Positions 35,723 to 38,100 of a stretch of DNA of 38,100 nt are shown piece by piece. Source of the DNA: an uncultured Ruminococcus sp. (GTDB lineage: Bacteria; Bacillota; Clostridia; Oscillospirales; Acutalibacteraceae); contig CAZERR010000004.1 of NCBI GenBank assembly GCA_964514785.1, positions 1 through 38,100 on the forward strand, in the 5' to 3' direction. The notes below the pieces were generated by a model that did not search any database, was not told the DNA's origin, and saw only the letters and a program-made list of their open reading frames with translations. A program made the translations under genes and the position numbers. Position 1 is the stretch's first letter, and each line of letters opens with the position of its first letter.

Positions 35723-37090
35723 TTATTGACGCGGGATTTCGCGGGATATTAGACATACCGTCTCCACATGCGCGGTGCGGCTGAACAAATCGACGGGGGT
35801 TAATTCTTTTACGGAATAATTTTTTTCGTCAAAAAGCTTTAGGTCCCTTGCGAGGGTTTCGGGGTCGCAGCTTATGTAAACTACTTTTTCGGGGTTCATT
35901 TCGGTTATCGTCTCAATAACTCCGCTCTCGAGTCCTTTTCTCGGCGGGTCAACCACAATAACGTCGGGCTTAACGCCCTCGTCCTTAAGCCTTTTTGCTG
36001 CTGACTCGGCGGTTGAGCAGATGAAGCGAGCATTTTTTACTCCGTTGATTTCTGCGTTCACTTCGGCGTCCTTGACCGCGTCCTCTATGATTTCAACGCC
36101 GATAAGCTCCCGGCAGCCTTCCGCCATCGTAAGTCCGATCGTACCCGTACCGCAGTAAAGGTCTAAAAGCACCTCGCCGCCCTTCAAGTCCGCGTAGTTT
36201 TTCGCGATAGTGTAGAGCTTTTCCGCCTGAGCGCGGTTGACCTGATAGAATGAGAGGGGAGAGAGCTTGAATTTTTTTCCGCAGAGGATGTCCGTGATGT
36301 GATCGCTGCCGTAGGCAGTTCGGTTTTTAAGACCGGTAATAACGTTTGTATTTTCTCTATTAGAATTAAAAATTACGCTTTTAAGCTCGGGAAGATTTTT
36401 CTTAAGCTCGGCGATAAGCTCGTCCTCACGTTTAAGTCCGTTTCCGTTTACAACGTAACAAACCATTAACTCTCCCGTCATTTCGGCATATCGTATATAC
36501 AGGTGCCTAAGCTTACCTTTTCCGGTTTTTTCGTCGTAAGCGGTCTGAGCTGTTTTTTGCATAAATTCTTTTGTTATATCCATAACCGTCTTGAAGCTTT
36601 CGGGCTGAAGCAGACAGTCGCCGCAGGGGATGATCCTGTGGCTGTGCGAGGCGTAAAATCCGAACTCCACGCCGTTTTCAGTGTTTCTGCACGGAAGCTG
36701 AGCTTTGTTGCGGTAGCGGTTTTGGCGGTCGTTTGAGACGACCTTGTTGATTTTTACGCCCTTAAGTCCGCCGACGCGTTCAATTGCGTCAACAACACGC
36801 TGGTGTTTTATTTCTTTTTCGGAATTATAATTTATATGACGGTAAACGCAGCCGCCGCATTTCCCGAACGCCGGGCAGTCAGCTTCGATCCTGCTTTTTG
36901 AGGGAGTGATTATCTTTTCGATTTTTCCGTAGGCGTAGCTCTTTTTTACCTTTAAAATACGAACCTCGAGGATATCGCCTATAGCGGTAAAGGGTACGAA
37001 AACCACCATACTATCCGCGGTTTTACCGACTCCGCTGCCCTGAGCCGTCATTGATGTTATCGTAAGGCTTATGATATCGTTTTTGTTCAT
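35723..37090 (-). CDS. rlmD: 23S rRNA (uracil-C5)-methyltransferase
   Basis: TRAM domain, CPAFGKCGGC Fe-S motif, YRNKAQ, SFYQVN, DLYCGTG, DPPRKG, YISC, HVETV. Start moved to MNKND. Confidence 0.92.
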   Translation of the reverse strand: MNKNDIISLTITSMTAQGSGVGKTADSMVVFVPFTAIGDILEVRILKVKKSYAYGKIEKIITPSKSRIEADCPAFGKCGGCVYRHINYNSEKEIKHQRVVDAIERVGGLKGVKINKVVSNDRQNRYRNKAQLPCRNTENGVEFGFYASHSHRIIPCGDCLLQPESFKTVMDITKEFMQKTAQTAYDEKTGKGKLRHLYIRYAEMTGELMVCYVVNGNGLKREDELIAELKKNLPELKSVIFNSNRENTNVITGLKNRTAYGSDHITDILCGKKFKLSPLSFYQVNRAQAEKLYTIAKNYADLKGGEVLLDLYCGTGTIGLTMAEGCRELIGVEIIEDAVKDAEVNAEINGVKNARFICSTAESAAKRLKDEGVKPDVIVVDPPRKGLESGVIETITEMNPEKVVYISCDPETLARDLKLFDEKNYSVKELTPVDLFSRTAHVETVCLISREIPRQ

Positions 37091-37283
37091 AGCTTTTTCC
37101 TTATATACTTGGTTATTTTTATACAAATATTTTAGCACTTGTTTTATAATTTGGCAATATGCGAGAATTATTTGTATTTTTCTAAAAAGGTATTTATTTT
37201 TACCCCGAAAAGCAATATAATATAGAGGTAATAGATAATGAGGATTAGTAATAGATTTATTTAGCAGGGTTATGAGGTTTTCT

Positions 37284-38100
37284 ATGAAATACGACCATCT
37301 TCTCGATAATAAAAAAAGAATACATTTTATCGGTATCGGAGGAAGCGGAATGTGTCCGCTTGCCGAGATACTTATGAGCGAGGGCTTTGAGATTCAGGGC
37401 TCCGATATGAACGAGGGAGAAACACTCGAAAAAATCAAGGGCTACGGTATTCCCGTATTTATGGGTCATAAGGCTGAGAATATCGACGGTGCGGAGCTTG
37501 TTGTATATTCGGCGGCGGTTAAGGAAACTAACCCCGAGCGTGCCGAGGCTGTTAAACGCGGTATCCCGTGTATCGAGAGAAGCGTAATGCTCGGTATAGT
37601 TTGCCGCCGTTACAACCGCAGTATTGCCGTTTCCGGTACTCACGGAAAGACCAGTACGACAGGTATGCTTACTCAGGTGCTTATCGGCGCGGGCTTCGAT
37701 CCGTCCGCTATAATCGGCGGAAAGCTTCCGTATATAGGCGGAAACAGCTACGTCGGCGAGAGCGATATAATTGTGTGCGAGGCTTGCGAGTATGTTGATA
37801 CCTTCCTCGAGCTCACTCCTTTTATTTCGGTTATTCTTAATATCGACGCAGACCATCTCGATTACTTTAAAAATCTTGATAATATCAAGAAGTCGTTCAA
37901 TAAATTTGCTAAGCAGACTACCGGCGCGCTTATCTTAAACGGTGACGATAAGAACACTATGGAAGCTGTTGAGGACGTTAAGCTCGTTAAAATCACCTAC
38001 GGTTTCAAGGATACGAACGACTACTACGCCGAGAATATCAGCGCAGACGCAGGCGTAAGAGAGAGCTTTGACTTAATGAGAAGGGGAGAGAAGCTTTGCA
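37284..38100 (+). CDS. murC: UDP-N-acetylmuramate--L-alanine ligase (3' truncated by the window)
   Basis: Manual translation MKYDHLLDNKKRIHFIGIGGSGMCPLAEIL...GSD...VSGTHGKTSTT...EACEY...NIDADHLDYF; GAGG RBS. Confidence 0.92.
   Translation, partial: MKYDHLLDNKKRIHFIGIGGSGMCPLAEILMSEGFEIQGSDMNEGETLEKIKGYGIPVFMGHKAENIDGAELVVYSAAVKETNPERAEAVKRGIPCIERSVMLGIVCRRYNRSIAVSGTHGKTSTTGMLTQVLIGAGFDPSAIIGGKLPYIGGNSYVGESDIIVCEACEYVDTFLELTPFISVILNIDADHLDYFKNLDNIKKSFNKFAKQTTGALILNGDDKNTMEAVEDVKLVKITYGFKDTNDYYAENISADAGVRESFDLMRRGEKLC

Noticed and set aside
35530-35760. ICE or IME integrated at the rlmD 3' end (a known Firmicutes hotspot)
   Set aside because: No recombinase follows rlmD. The only att-like echo (minus strand CACGCGGATTGTCTGCTCT near 35613-35631) is too degenerate to support.
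764-36736. Numerous short ORFs antisense or out of frame to core genes
   Set aside because: Shadows of well-supported genes, with no RBS or recognisable motifs.
37257-37856. 199-aa minus-strand ORF
   Set aside because: Antisense shadow of murC.

Overview
38.1 kb of mostly core chromosome from a spore-forming, low-GC Gram-positive gut or rumen bacterium. Gene content and order suggest Oscillospirales (Ruminococcus-like); this is inference. From left to right: the 3' tail of a DUF4368/TnpX-like serine recombinase (probable right end of an integrated element), tcdA, a Zn-ribbon membrane protein, pbp1A-hom-lysC, a BofC-like gene, and a fabK-fabD-fabG-fabF-accB-fabZ-accC-accD-accA operon lacking fabH and acpP. 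Next is a small accessory block (YoaK, DUF2975 plus HTH, a hypothetical, a four-helix-bundle gene), then murT-gatD-recD2-comF-mreB-like, DUF1540, a CpXC protein, an Ig/C39-like peptidase, a MutS-V ATPase, DUF896, a lysine-riboswitch-controlled NhaC/LysW transporter, a BspA-like LRR surface protein, rlmD and the start of murC. No rRNA, tRNA, CRISPR or IS element was seen. The most unusual signals are: (1) a 173-bp array of 4 forward and 4 inverted 9-mers with hairpin spacers (stacked four-way junctions) directly upstream of the four-helix-bundle gene; (2) dispersed extragenic ACA-triloop palindromes with perfect compensatory covariation between two copies 19 kb apart; (3) apparent loss of catalytic residues in GatD, the MreB paralog and AccC.
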